A stretch of 64,000 nt of DNA from Candidatus Gallimonas intestinalis (GCA_904394655.1 CAJFNL010000003.1:8082-72081); one strand, 5' to 3'. Shown: positions 27,010 through 35,496, counted from the first letter of the stretch. Notes: generated by a model from the sequence alone, not told the origin. Program-made: numbers and translations.

Positions 27010-27735
27010 TTAAACACTTTCCGTAATCAGCAAAAGAAGATAGTAAAATGCTTCCTCCTGTCCCATGACCGTCAGATAGCAGTCCCCCAAAAAACGTTCG
27101 AGTCGGGCATCCGTTACATATTCCCCGTTCCATGTCCGAAGATCGTATTGATAAGAATACCCGTACACCTTCCCTTCGGAAGAAAGCTCGTCAAACGAGC
27201 GAAGCTCCTCGGGAACCGCCTTGCCGTCCGTCAGATCAAAGGATACATCTGCCTGCCAACGGCTGAGCGCATGCATATATTCGATATGCACCGAAAGCAG
27301 AACATTTTGCCCCTCCACCGAATAGAGCGTATAGCTCGCCGAAGCGTTTGTCGCCTTTCCGAGAACGGGGAGTTTGCCCAATACGCTGCCGTAATCCTCT
27401 TCCAACGCTGCATACGACACGGGCTTTGCTGTCGCCGAGGCAAGCGTATAGTAAGTCACACTCTCGCCCGAAGGCACATCCTGCGGAACATCCTGCGAAA
27501 AGCGCGGGAGCAGAATCCCCACCGCCAGCGCCGCCACAATCGCAACGCACGCCAAAGAAGAGGCGACCTTAAAAAAGATTCCCCTGCGTCTTTCCCCTTC
27601 GGGCTTACCCACCGCGCGCTTCGCCTGCGTCAGATCGAGAGCAGGCGTCTCATTTCCGTCAAAGTAGTCACGGAATGCGCGTTCGATTGTATCGTCCTTC
27701 TTCATATCTTTCATATCTACAACGTTTTTACGCAT
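27010..27735 (-). CDS. putative anti-sigma factor (single-pass membrane protein)
   Basis: 241 aa. Its start overlaps the sigma-factor stop by 8 nt (ATGCGTAA). Short cytoplasmic N-terminus, TM segment FFKVASSLACVAIVAALAVGILL, and a ~160-aa extracytoplasmic domain. Called by position only. Confidence 0.5.
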   Translation of the reverse strand: MRKNVVDMKDMKKDDTIERAFRDYFDGNETPALDLTQAKRAVGKPEGERRRGIFFKVASSLACVAIVAALAVGILLPRFSQDVPQDVPSGESVTYYTLASATAKPVSYAALEEDYGSVLGKLPVLGKATNASASYTLYSVEGQNVLLSVHIEYMHALSRWQADVSFDLTDGKAVPEELRSFDELSSEGKVYGYSYQYDLRTWNGEYVTDARLERFLGDCYLTVMGQEEAFYYLLLLITESV

Positions 27736-28279
27736 CCGTCTGTCCCTCGGAAAGCAACTTTTTTAACTTTTCTTCCGCGGCGCTGACCATCCGCTGTACC
27801 GCCGACTTGCTTACTCCCGTCTCCTTCGCGATCTCCCGCACCGTGAAGTCGAGATAATATCGATAATAGATCATCCTGCGCTCCAAAGGCGCAAGCTTTG
27901 CTACCGCATCCTCTAAAACAAGCGCCCCGTCCATGCGCTCGGGACGGTACCTTTCATCCGTCAGATGAAAAAATTCGTCAAGGTCTTCCTCTGCACGCAC
28001 TTTGCGCTTTCGCAAAAGATCAAAAGCGGTGTTCCGAACGATGCGCATGACGAACGCACAGCCGTTGGTACCGATGCGGTATCCCCCGATTCCGCGCGCG
28101 AGCTTCAAAAAGCTGTCGCTCACGACGTCCTCGGCGTCCGCACGGTTGCGCACAATGCCGCGGGCAAGCGCAAGCATCCGCCCGCCAAGACAGGCATAGA
28201 TCCCGTCCAGCGCCTCTGCATCGCCCGACCTGAGCGCCCGCAAAAGCAATTCAATTTTCTCGCTGTCGGCAGGCGCCAT
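27728..28279 (-). CDS. ECF-type sigma-70 family RNA polymerase sigma factor
   Basis: Only the last 183 codons of the 600-aa track ORF (MAPADSEKIELLL...), with a GGGAGGG RBS. Region 2 DAEDVVSDSFLKLARGI. Region 4 HTH FTVREIAKETGVSKSAVQRMVSAAEEKLK. Confidence 0.85.
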   Translation of the reverse strand: MAPADSEKIELLLRALRSGDAEALDGIYACLGGRMLALARGIVRNRADAEDVVSDSFLKLARGIGGYRIGTNGCAFVMRIVRNTAFDLLRKRKVRAEEDLDEFFHLTDERYRPERMDGALVLEDAVAKLAPLERRMIYYRYYLDFTVREIAKETGVSKSAVQRMVSAAEEKLKKLLSEGQTDA

Positions 28280-28306
28280 GCGTTCCCTCCCTGCAAAGTT
28301 CTTCTC

Positions 28307-28335
28307 ATTGTAACACACCCCGCCTCGTTTGTAAA
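28307..28335 (-). promoter_or_regulatory. sigma-A type promoter of the ECF sigma operon
   Basis: Minus strand: TTTACA, 17-nt spacer, TGt-TACAAT. I saw no GAAC...CGT-type ECF promoter. Confidence 0.5.
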
Positions 28336-28407
28336 GAGGGAAAAATCTGCGCCGCTTTGGAAGAAATAATATGATACTGATATAAAAAGAAATGAATACT
28401 TTCGGGG

Positions 28408-28435
28408 TTGACAAATCATCCGCATATGATATACT
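28408..28435 (+). promoter_or_regulatory. promoter of the metallopeptidase gene, placed for a leaderless transcript
   Basis: TTGACA (28408-28413), 16-nt spacer, TGa-TATACT (hexamer 28430-28435). ATG 28442 begins 7 nt after the -10 and no Shine-Dalgarno sequence is present. Confidence 0.5.
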
Positions 28436-28441
28436 CATAAT

Positions 28442-30487
28442 ATGAAAAATTTCCTCTATGGCATCCTTGTCTTTTTGACAGCGGCTATTCTTGTTGCAGG
28501 AAGCGTCCTGTGGGCGCAATTCGCCCCTGTTCCCATGGGCGCAGCCATCGCCATGACTGCGGTCGGCGCCACAGGAATTTCCGCCGCGATCGCAGTCAAT
28601 CTCATTCTGACCCGCCGCAAGTATCACGCCATGCTGAACGGCGATATGGGCGAAATGCAGGAGCATTATGATCGGATACGCGAGCACATCCGCAAAGACC
28701 CCGCCGCCGCAAGAAAAGAAATCCTGCGCACGGCGCATCTTTGCCGCCTCTATGCCGCCGCCCTGCTCCTGTGTGCTGTCCTGCTCGTTTGCGGCGTGCC
28801 GCAGCTTCTGACACGTATCCCGATCACCGCAGAGGATGACAGATTTTTCCTTCTTATCCTTCCTGCACTCGCCCTGACAGGCATGCTCTTCATGCCACTG
28901 ATCAGAGTTTTTCTTCCGTTTGAGAGAACTTCGTCCGACGAACAAAAAATGCGTCGGCTCACTCTCATTGAAAAAGACAAGACGCCTTTCCTGTATGCCC
29001 TGGCGCAGCAGGCGGCGGACGCGACCTCCTGCCGCAAGCCGTTCCTGCTTTTTCTGGAAACGACCATGGAACACACGTTCGCTGTCGGAGAGAACAACGG
29101 CGTCATGGAGATCCTCGTCTCCCCCGTCTACCTTGCACTGCTGACACAAAAAGAGATCTATGCCGTCTTGCTGCACGAATTTGCGCATATCGTACATAAG
29201 GATCCCAAGACAAGCCGCCGCCTCATCGGCATAACGCAAAGCTTTTCCAAACTGCCGCTCTTCTATTCTTTTTTCCACACCCTGCTGAATATGGAGAGCG
29301 ATGCCTATCTGACGTACGCCTCCCCGCTTCTTGAAGCAGAGGCCGACAAAGTCTCGGCGCAAAAATATGCGCAGACCGCGATCGACGCGTTCGCCAAAAG
29401 CGCCTTTCTTTTGGAATGCTTCCGCTTCCCCTGCCGCGAACTTAACTACGAACTGTACGCAAGCGAAACGCCCGTTACAGACTATTTTGAGCGATACATC
29501 GCTTACGCAGACAACTTCCTGCACACGCATGAAGACACGCTTCGTCCCATTCTCATGCGCATGCTTCCCTCCCGCCGTGATTCACACCCCACGCTTCGCA
29601 TGCGCATGGAAGCGGCCGGCATTGATTCCTATGACATCAGCGCGCGGGAAGAGGACGAAGCGTTCCGCGGCGAAGTTTCACGTTTGGTCGCGGCAAGCAG
29701 CGCGCTCGTTGGCAATGACCTCTTTTACAACTGGAAAGAGGCACATCAGGACTGCTACGTCGACTGCAATGAAGAGATCGCCGCTTTCGAAGAGGCGTAT
29801 GCGCAAAACAATGCCGACGAATATCTGTGGACACAGGCGATCCGTCGGTATTTTGTCCTGGACAAAGAGCGCATGATCTCCATGACAGACGAGGCGCTCG
29901 CCGACGCCGAGCGCAAGACGGATGCACGCCGATTCCGCTGTATCTACCTTGCCATGACAGATGATCCGCGCGCCGTGGAAGAAATGCGTGCCCTGCTCTA
30001 CGACGATCCCCTGCTTGCGGAACACATGATCGAACTGTATATGGGCACCGTCTTGCGCACGGGCGACGAAGCGCTGCTCGCTCGCATCCGCGCAGAGCAA
30101 CCCGTCATGGCAGAGCGGGCGCGCGATGCCATGAAAGCGTACATGAAACTGCGCATAAAACCCAAAAATCTGTGTTCGTGCAATCTGTCCGCGGCGCGCA
30201 TCGCCGCCATGCAGAAGGTCGCGTGCCGCCTTGCCGTTCCCGAAATTTCTGAAATCCGAATCGCATCCGTCGCACACGATCCCCGTCGGAATATCTATCT
30301 TTTGGGAGCGCGTTTCCGTCAGGCCGCCGATGCAGACAAGGAACAGGCGCTCAGCAAAGCATTCTCCTGCCTGAGCAATTACTGTGACACGCTGACGGAC
30401 GGGACAAATCTCTATCTCTTCCATGTCTATCCGAAAGACGTTCCCCTATGGAACACCCTGACCTCCGTCGGAACCAAGCTGAATTGA
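28442..30487 (+). CDS. membrane-embedded HExxH zinc metallopeptidase (M48/M56-like) with large C-terminal domain
   Basis: 681 aa. N-terminal TM helices, AVLLHEFAHIVHKD (HExxH followed by xxxD as in M48/M56), then ~400 aa of helical C-terminal region. Confidence 0.7.
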   Translation: MKNFLYGILVFLTAAILVAGSVLWAQFAPVPMGAAIAMTAVGATGISAAIAVNLILTRRKYHAMLNGDMGEMQEHYDRIREHIRKDPAAARKEILRTAHLCRLYAAALLLCAVLLVCGVPQLLTRIPITAEDDRFFLLILPALALTGMLFMPLIRVFLPFERTSSDEQKMRRLTLIEKDKTPFLYALAQQAADATSCRKPFLLFLETTMEHTFAVGENNGVMEILVSPVYLALLTQKEIYAVLLHEFAHIVHKDPKTSRRLIGITQSFSKLPLFYSFFHTLLNMESDAYLTYASPLLEAEADKVSAQKYAQTAIDAFAKSAFLLECFRFPCRELNYELYASETPVTDYFERYIAYADNFLHTHEDTLRPILMRMLPSRRDSHPTLRMRMEAAGIDSYDISAREEDEAFRGEVSRLVAASSALVGNDLFYNWKEAHQDCYVDCNEEIAAFEEAYAQNNADEYLWTQAIRRYFVLDKERMISMTDEALADAERKTDARRFRCIYLAMTDDPRAVEEMRALLYDDPLLAEHMIELYMGTVLRTGDEALLARIRAEQPVMAERARDAMKAYMKLRIKPKNLCSCNLSAARIAAMQKVACRLAVPEISEIRIASVAHDPRRNIYLLGARFRQAADADKEQALSKAFSCLSNYCDTLTDGTNLYLFHVYPKDVPLWNTLTSVGTKLN

Positions 30488-30513
30488 ACTTTGCCGAATC
30501 GAACTTTTCTGTC

Positions 30514-30545
30514 CGCCGCCCGCCGTCCTAAGACGGCGGGCGGCG
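30514..30545 (+). terminator. GC-rich terminator hairpin after the metallopeptidase gene
   Basis: CGCCGCCCGCCGTC-ctaa-GACGGCGGGCGGCG. The downstream T-tract is weak. Confidence 0.55.
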
Positions 30546-30593
30546 CATTATGCTTTCGTAAATTGTTTTCTTATCCCATTCATTGTTTTTGTC

Positions 30594-30622
30594 TTGATTT
30601 TTCCCGTGAAATATGGTATATT
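30594..30622 (+). promoter_or_regulatory. sigma-A type promoter of the LRR-protein leader
   Basis: TTGATT, 17-nt spacer, TGg-TATATT (hexamer 30617-30622). Confidence 0.5.
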
Positions 30623-30628
30623 ATTCCT

Positions 30629-30711
30629 GCCACACAACTTGATAAGCATCACAGATACGTTTCAGGCATCGACGTATCTTCTTTATCCTGTGATGCGGAT
30701 AGTTGTGTGGC
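30629..30711 (+). promoter_or_regulatory. three-tier leader hairpin (cis-regulatory RNA candidate)
   Basis: P1 GCCACACAACT/AGTTGTGTGGC (11 bp), P2 CATCACAG/CTGTGATG (8 bp), P3 ATACGT/ACGTAT (6 bp), 11-nt apical loop. It begins ~7 nt after the -10. Confidence 0.5.
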
Positions 30712-30732
30712 AACAACGAAGGTACAGATGCG

Positions 30733-30766
30733 GGGGCGCACCTTCGTAGGGTGCGCCCCTTATTTT
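30733..30766 (+). terminator. intrinsic terminator inside the 5' leader (attenuator)
   Basis: GGGGCGCACC-ttcgtag-GGTGCGCCCC followed by TTATTTT, 29 nt before ATG 30795. Confidence 0.65.
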
Positions 30767-30794
30767 ATGATCTGTCAGACAGGAGGTAGAGAGT

Positions 30795-33700
30795 ATGGTA
30801 TGCAAAAAATGCGGCGCGGCGTATGAGGGAAGTTTTTGTCCCGAATGCGGCGAGCCTGCGGACGAAGCACTCAATGTGTGCCCCGTCTGCGGAAAGGAGC
30901 GGGAGGAAGGAAAGCGGTTTTGCGTGAAATGCGGATATGACTTCTCGCGCTCGCAGCCGTCTGAAGCATCGCAGGAAAAACCTGCTGCCGCGGCGAAAGA
31001 GAAAAAACAGCCGCTGGCATTTCTCAAAAAGCTGTCCAAAAAGACCTGGATCATCATTCTTTCGGTGGCGCTTGCGATCGTGATCGCACTTGCGGTTGCG
31101 ATTCCCGTCGCCATCGTGTCGTCCAACATTTTCCGTATCGGAAAAGTCGACAAGATCAACATCGGCGACAGCCGCGAGCGGGTCAAGGAAGTCCTCGGAG
31201 AGCCCTATGTCTTCTCGGACAGCCTGTATGAATATTACGATGACGATTTCAAAGCGCTGATGAAGAAGATGGAAGACGCCGAGGGCGACCTCGAGGGCTC
31301 CTTCGAAGACATGGAAGACGAGGACGATCTGGAAAACGCCTTCGGCGATCTGGAAGACATCCTTCTGGAATACGAGACGACCGAATATCAGTATATCGCC
31401 GTCTCCTTCGACGGCACGGGTGCCGTGGCGAGCGTGTATTTTGACGCAAAGCGCACGGAAGCGACCAAGGACAGTCCGAAAACCTATCAGAAGCACACGC
31501 TCATCACGAAAGAAGTGCTTCGCTACGTTCCGACGGACATCATCTATTCCGTAGAGTTTACGGACGGAAGTTTTTACAAAGGCGTTGCCCTGCACGACTT
31601 TACAGCGACCGACTACAGCAAGGAAGTCCAGATCGAATGGAAAGACGCCTGGAAGAGCGACTACTCGGCGCAGCTTTCCGTCACCGAAAATCCAGACATC
31701 CTCGCGGGAAAATGCGGCGACAGCGTGTTCTACTATCTCGATACCAAGGGTGACAACGTTCTTCGCATCACGGGAAGCGGCAAAGCGGAACTTGAATACA
31801 AACTGCCGAACAGCGTCATCGAAAAACAGCCCGCAAGCGTATTCATCGGAAAGGAAGTGACGAGCGGCGACTGGGGGCATCTTCCCGCAACGCCGGGCGG
31901 CATCGCCGTCGAGGAGGGCAATCCCGCATACACCGTTAAAGACGGATGTCTTTTAGATATTTCGGGGGCAGTTCTGATACTCGCCACCTCCGACGGGCAT
32001 ATCCCCGACGGCGTGACTGTCATCGGAAGCTATGCATTTGCGCTTTGCGCTTCCATCACGGAGCTGACCGTCCCCGACGGCATTACCGAAATCCAAAGCG
32101 GTGCGTTCAGCGCTCTCACCGAACTGGAAAGCATTATCCTGCCTTCCACGGTAACGGAGTGCGACGATGGTGCATTTTATCCGAATGCTCCCGTTACATA
32201 CTTTGAAGCGCCGTTTGCTGCGATCAGGAGCTTTTATATAAGCAGCGTCGCTCCGAACGTGGAGACATTGGTGATCAGCAGCGAAATCATGAATCTGGCA
32301 GACGACAATACCTATTTCAAAGGCTTTAACAATCTTAAGACGCTGATCATAGAGGAAACTGTCGACTGCCGTCCAAACGGCATGTCAGGTCCCTTCAGCG
32401 CCACCAATATTACTCTCGATTTGCCCGCGCTCACGACGCTTGAATGGAATGCTGAAATTCTTCCGCAAGGATATCGCTTCAAAAACAGCGCCAACCTTAA
32501 TGCCATCTCCTTGAGTGACAACACTTCCGATGTCTACGCACAGGCATTCCGTCAGACTGCCTTCTGGGAAGATCCGTCCAACTGGGACGGCGACGTGCTT
32601 TATGCAGGCAAGCACCTGTTATACGCCGACAGCGCTCTTTCCGGGAGCTACGCCGTCAAAGAAGGCACACTCTTTATCAGTGCAGAAGCATTTTCCGACT
32701 GCACCGAACTCACCTCCGTCAGCGTTCCCGACAGCGTGATTTTCATCGGAGAAGATGCCTTCCCCGAACAGATCCTAAAGACGCAGAACAGCGTCTATCT
32801 CGGAAAGCATCTCATTTCTGCGGACAAGACCGCGGAACAATTCACCATTGCGGACGGAACGCTCTCCATCGGAAGCTCTGCATTCCGAAACAACACCGCG
32901 CTTAAGAGCATCGTCATCCCCGAAGGCGTTACTTCCATCGGAAATCACGCTTTCTTCGGTTGCAGCGCATTGGAATCCGTTGTCCTTCCCGCCAGCCTTA
33001 CTTCTATCGGCCGCTATGCTTTTTTCGGCTGCAAAGCGCTCAAATCCCTTGTCCTTCCCGAAAACGTTGTCTCCATCGGCACATACGCCTTTTATCAATG
33101 CTCTGCACTGACAAGCGTCACCTTCGGGTCAAAAATCAAAACCGTTTATAACGGGGCTTTCAACGATTGCACGAACCTGAAAACCGTTCAGATCAGCGAT
33201 CTTGCCGCATGGTGCAACATCGAATTCGGCTCAGAGAACGGCAATCCCCTGGCCTTGGATGGCGCCAACCTGTATGTGGGCAATCAGGTCATTACCGAGC
33301 TTGTCATTCCCGAAGGGGTAACCTCCATCGGAGATTATGCATTCTTTGGAACAAACTTCAGAAGCGTCACCATTCCCGACAGCGTTGCCTCCATCGGACA
33401 TGCTGCTTTTTCCGGATCGGCAATCGAACGCCTCGTGCTCAACGCGGCGCTGATCGATGATTCTGCTTTTTCCTACTGCACTTCCCTCACATCCGTCACT
33501 TTCAAAGACGGAGTGCATTATATCAACGACTCGGCATTCGAAAACTGCACGGCGCTCTCATCTGTCACATTCGGAAACGGACTGCTCTCTGTCGGTGATA
33601 GGGCTTTCAGACATACAGCCGTGAAAAATATCACGCTTCCCGCTTCCCTGCGCTCTATCTATTACTCCGCATTCTTATCCTGTTCTGCTCTGGAGAGCGT

Positions 33701-33827
33701 GACGTTCGCTTTGGCAAACGGCTGGAGAGGCAACTCTTCCAGTGTTGATACTTCCGATCCCACCAAAAATGTGTTGCTTTTCCGGGAGTCTGTTCAGAGC
33801 GGCGGCACTACTTTATCGCGCGGCTGA
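30795..33827 (+). CDS. zinc-ribbon / single TM / BspA-type leucine-rich-repeat surface protein
   Basis: 1010 aa. AGGAGG 8 nt upstream. The N-terminus carries three CxxC pairs (CKKCG, CPECG, CPVCG) followed by CVKCG. TM segment WIIILSVALAIVIALAVAIPVAIV. More than ten LRR_5-type repeats (IPEGVTSIGNHAFFGCSALESVVLPASLTSIGRYAFFGCKALKSLVLP...). Confidence 0.8.
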   Translation: MVCKKCGAAYEGSFCPECGEPADEALNVCPVCGKEREEGKRFCVKCGYDFSRSQPSEASQEKPAAAAKEKKQPLAFLKKLSKKTWIIILSVALAIVIALAVAIPVAIVSSNIFRIGKVDKINIGDSRERVKEVLGEPYVFSDSLYEYYDDDFKALMKKMEDAEGDLEGSFEDMEDEDDLENAFGDLEDILLEYETTEYQYIAVSFDGTGAVASVYFDAKRTEATKDSPKTYQKHTLITKEVLRYVPTDIIYSVEFTDGSFYKGVALHDFTATDYSKEVQIEWKDAWKSDYSAQLSVTENPDILAGKCGDSVFYYLDTKGDNVLRITGSGKAELEYKLPNSVIEKQPASVFIGKEVTSGDWGHLPATPGGIAVEEGNPAYTVKDGCLLDISGAVLILATSDGHIPDGVTVIGSYAFALCASITELTVPDGITEIQSGAFSALTELESIILPSTVTECDDGAFYPNAPVTYFEAPFAAIRSFYISSVAPNVETLVISSEIMNLADDNTYFKGFNNLKTLIIEETVDCRPNGMSGPFSATNITLDLPALTTLEWNAEILPQGYRFKNSANLNAISLSDNTSDVYAQAFRQTAFWEDPSNWDGDVLYAGKHLLYADSALSGSYAVKEGTLFISAEAFSDCTELTSVSVPDSVIFIGEDAFPEQILKTQNSVYLGKHLISADKTAEQFTIADGTLSIGSSAFRNNTALKSIVIPEGVTSIGNHAFFGCSALESVVLPASLTSIGRYAFFGCKALKSLVLPENVVSIGTYAFYQCSALTSVTFGSKIKTVYNGAFNDCTNLKTVQISDLAAWCNIEFGSENGNPLALDGANLYVGNQVITELVIPEGVTSIGDYAFFGTNFRSVTIPDSVASIGHAAFSGSAIERLVLNAALIDDSAFSYCTSLTSVTFKDGVHYINDSAFENCTALSSVTFGNGLLSVGDRAFRHTAVKNITLPASLRSIYYSAFLSCSALESVTFALANGWRGNSSSVDTSDPTKNVLLFRESVQSGGTTLSRG

Positions 33828-33865
33828 CCGACTCTGCTCAGAAAATCGATGCTTTCTTAAAACAC

Positions 33866-33909
33866 AAAAAAGCGGGCGTCTCTCCCTTTGGAGAGACGCC
33901 CGCTTTTTA
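33866..33909. terminator. bidirectional intrinsic terminator (LRR gene / trxA)
   Basis: aaaaa-AGCGGGCGTCTCTCC-cttt-GGAGAGACGCCCGCT-ttttat. Confidence 0.8.
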
Positions 33910-33916
33910 TCGCCGC

Positions 33917-34237
33917 TTAAATGTGTTTTTCCAAAAACGCCTTCAGCGTCGGCGCGGGAACATAGCCAAGGTTGTTTGCAACGGGAACGCCGTCCTTGAA
34001 GACGATGACGTTGGGAATGGACATGACGCCGTAGCGCTGTGCCGCCTCGCCGTTTTCATCCACATCCACCTTGACAAAGGTTGCCCTTCCAGCCATCTCC
34101 CCCGCAATGCCGTCCAAAACGGGCGCAAGCATGCGGCACGGACCGCACCAGCTCGCCCAGAAATCACAGACAACGGGACCTTTCTTGATGAGCTCTTCAA
34201 GCTGTGCTCCCGAAACTTCCATCACATTTTTCGACAT
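33917..34237 (-). CDS. trxA: thioredoxin
   Basis: 106 aa. Active site FWASWCGPCRMLAP. Confidence 0.9.
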   Translation of the reverse strand: MSKNVMEVSGAQLEELIKKGPVVCDFWASWCGPCRMLAPVLDGIAGEMAGRATFVKVDVDENGEAAQRYGVMSIPNVIVFKDGVPVANNLGYVPAPTLKAFLEKHI

Positions 34238-34239
34238 GA

Positions 34240-35496
34240 TCAGATCCTCCTTTTGATATAATCGGCAAGTTCGCCGAATTTTACTCGTTCGGATGCGGAA
34301 GCGCGCAGATCCTTGACCTCTGCGGCACCCTCCGCAAGTTCATTCTCCCCGAGGACCGCCACAAAGCGCGCACCCGTCTTGTCCGCATACTTGAACTGCG
34401 CCTTGACGGAACGATCCATAAGATCGGTCTCGCAGGAGATCCCCTCTTTGCGCAGGTTCTGCGCCAGAAGGAAAGCCTGTTTGCGGGACGCTGTGTCCAT
34501 GCCCGCAAGATAGCACATGGTACCCGTGTCCGCAGGCGGCATACAATTTTCCGCCTCCATGACGAGCAGAAGCCGCTCCATGCCCGCGGCAAAGCCGACG
34601 GCAGGCACGGGTTTTGAGTCCATCTGCTCGAGGAGCGTGTCGTATCTGCCGCCCCCCAACACGGTACCCTGTGCGCCCGCCGCATCCGAGACAAACTCGA
34701 ACACGGTACGGCTGTAATAGTCAAGCCCGCGCACGATGGAAGGATCCACCGTGTACGCGATTCCCGCCTCCGAAAGCAGGGTCTTGACCTGTTCAAAGTG
34801 TGCACGGCAATCGTCGCATAGATAGTCGAGCATGCGCGGCGCGCCCTCGGCGATCTTCTTGCAACCCTCCACCTTGCAGTCAAGAATGCGCATGGGGTTC
34901 TTGTCAAAGCGGGCACGGCAGTCATCGCACATCTCGCCGATATGGGGCGCAAAGTACTCTTTGAGCGCCTGATGATAGCGCGCACGGCAGTGCTTGCAGC
35001 CGATGGAATTGATGCGCAGCTCTACTTTTTTGAGTCCGAGGCTTCTTAAAAAGGCATCGGCAAGCGAGATGGTCTCCGCATCCGCCGCGGCGCCCGCCGC
35101 GCCGTACAGCTCGCAGCCGAACTGGTGGAACTCGCGCAGTCTGCCCGCCTGCGGACGCTCATAGCGGAACGCCGAGATAAGATAATACGCCTTGAAGGGA
35201 AGCGCGCTGCCCGCAAGCCCGTGCTCAATGAACGCTCTTGCAACGCCCGCCGTTCCCTCGGGGCGAAGCGTTACCGATCTTCCGCCCTTGTCGAGAAAGG
35301 TGTACATCTCCTTGTTGACGATGTCTGTCGTATCGCCCACGCCGCGCGAAAAGAGCTCGGTATGCTCGAATACGGGCGTACGGATCTCTTTGAACGCATA
35401 CGCCGCCGCGATTTCGCGCGCTTTCGCCTCCAAGTACTGCCACTGATACGCCTGCGACGGCAGGACGTCTTTACAACCCTTCGGAATCTGAATCAT
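34240..35496 (-). CDS. hisS: histidine--tRNA ligase
   Basis: Start moved to MIQIPKGCKDVLP (GGAAGG RBS). Class II motifs including LGGGRYDTL and an anticodon-binding C-terminal domain. Its stop is 2 nt before the trxA start. Confidence 0.95.
   Translation of the reverse strand: MIQIPKGCKDVLPSQAYQWQYLEAKAREIAAAYAFKEIRTPVFEHTELFSRGVGDTTDIVNKEMYTFLDKGGRSVTLRPEGTAGVARAFIEHGLAGSALPFKAYYLISAFRYERPQAGRLREFHQFGCELYGAAGAAADAETISLADAFLRSLGLKKVELRINSIGCKHCRARYHQALKEYFAPHIGEMCDDCRARFDKNPMRILDCKVEGCKKIAEGAPRMLDYLCDDCRAHFEQVKTLLSEAGIAYTVDPSIVRGLDYYSRTVFEFVSDAAGAQGTVLGGGRYDTLLEQMDSKPVPAVGFAAGMERLLLVMEAENCMPPADTGTMCYLAGMDTASRKQAFLLAQNLRKEGISCETDLMDRSVKAQFKYADKTGARFVAVLGENELAEGAAEVKDLRASASERVKFGELADYIKRRI

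Noticed and set aside
28280-29530. Upstream 417 codons of the 600-aa minus-strand ORF 27728-29530.
   Set aside because: Only the last 183 codons form a sigma-70/ECF protein, with its own RBS and promoter. The extension is antisense to the HExxH peptidase gene, is R/G/C-rich, and would give a sigma factor three times normal size.
30765-31880. 371-aa minus-strand ORF overlapping the 5' part of the LRR-protein gene.
   Set aside because: It is antisense to a gene with a strong RBS and clear zinc-ribbon, TM and LRR features. Its translation is low-complexity (F/R/V/D-rich) with no motif.
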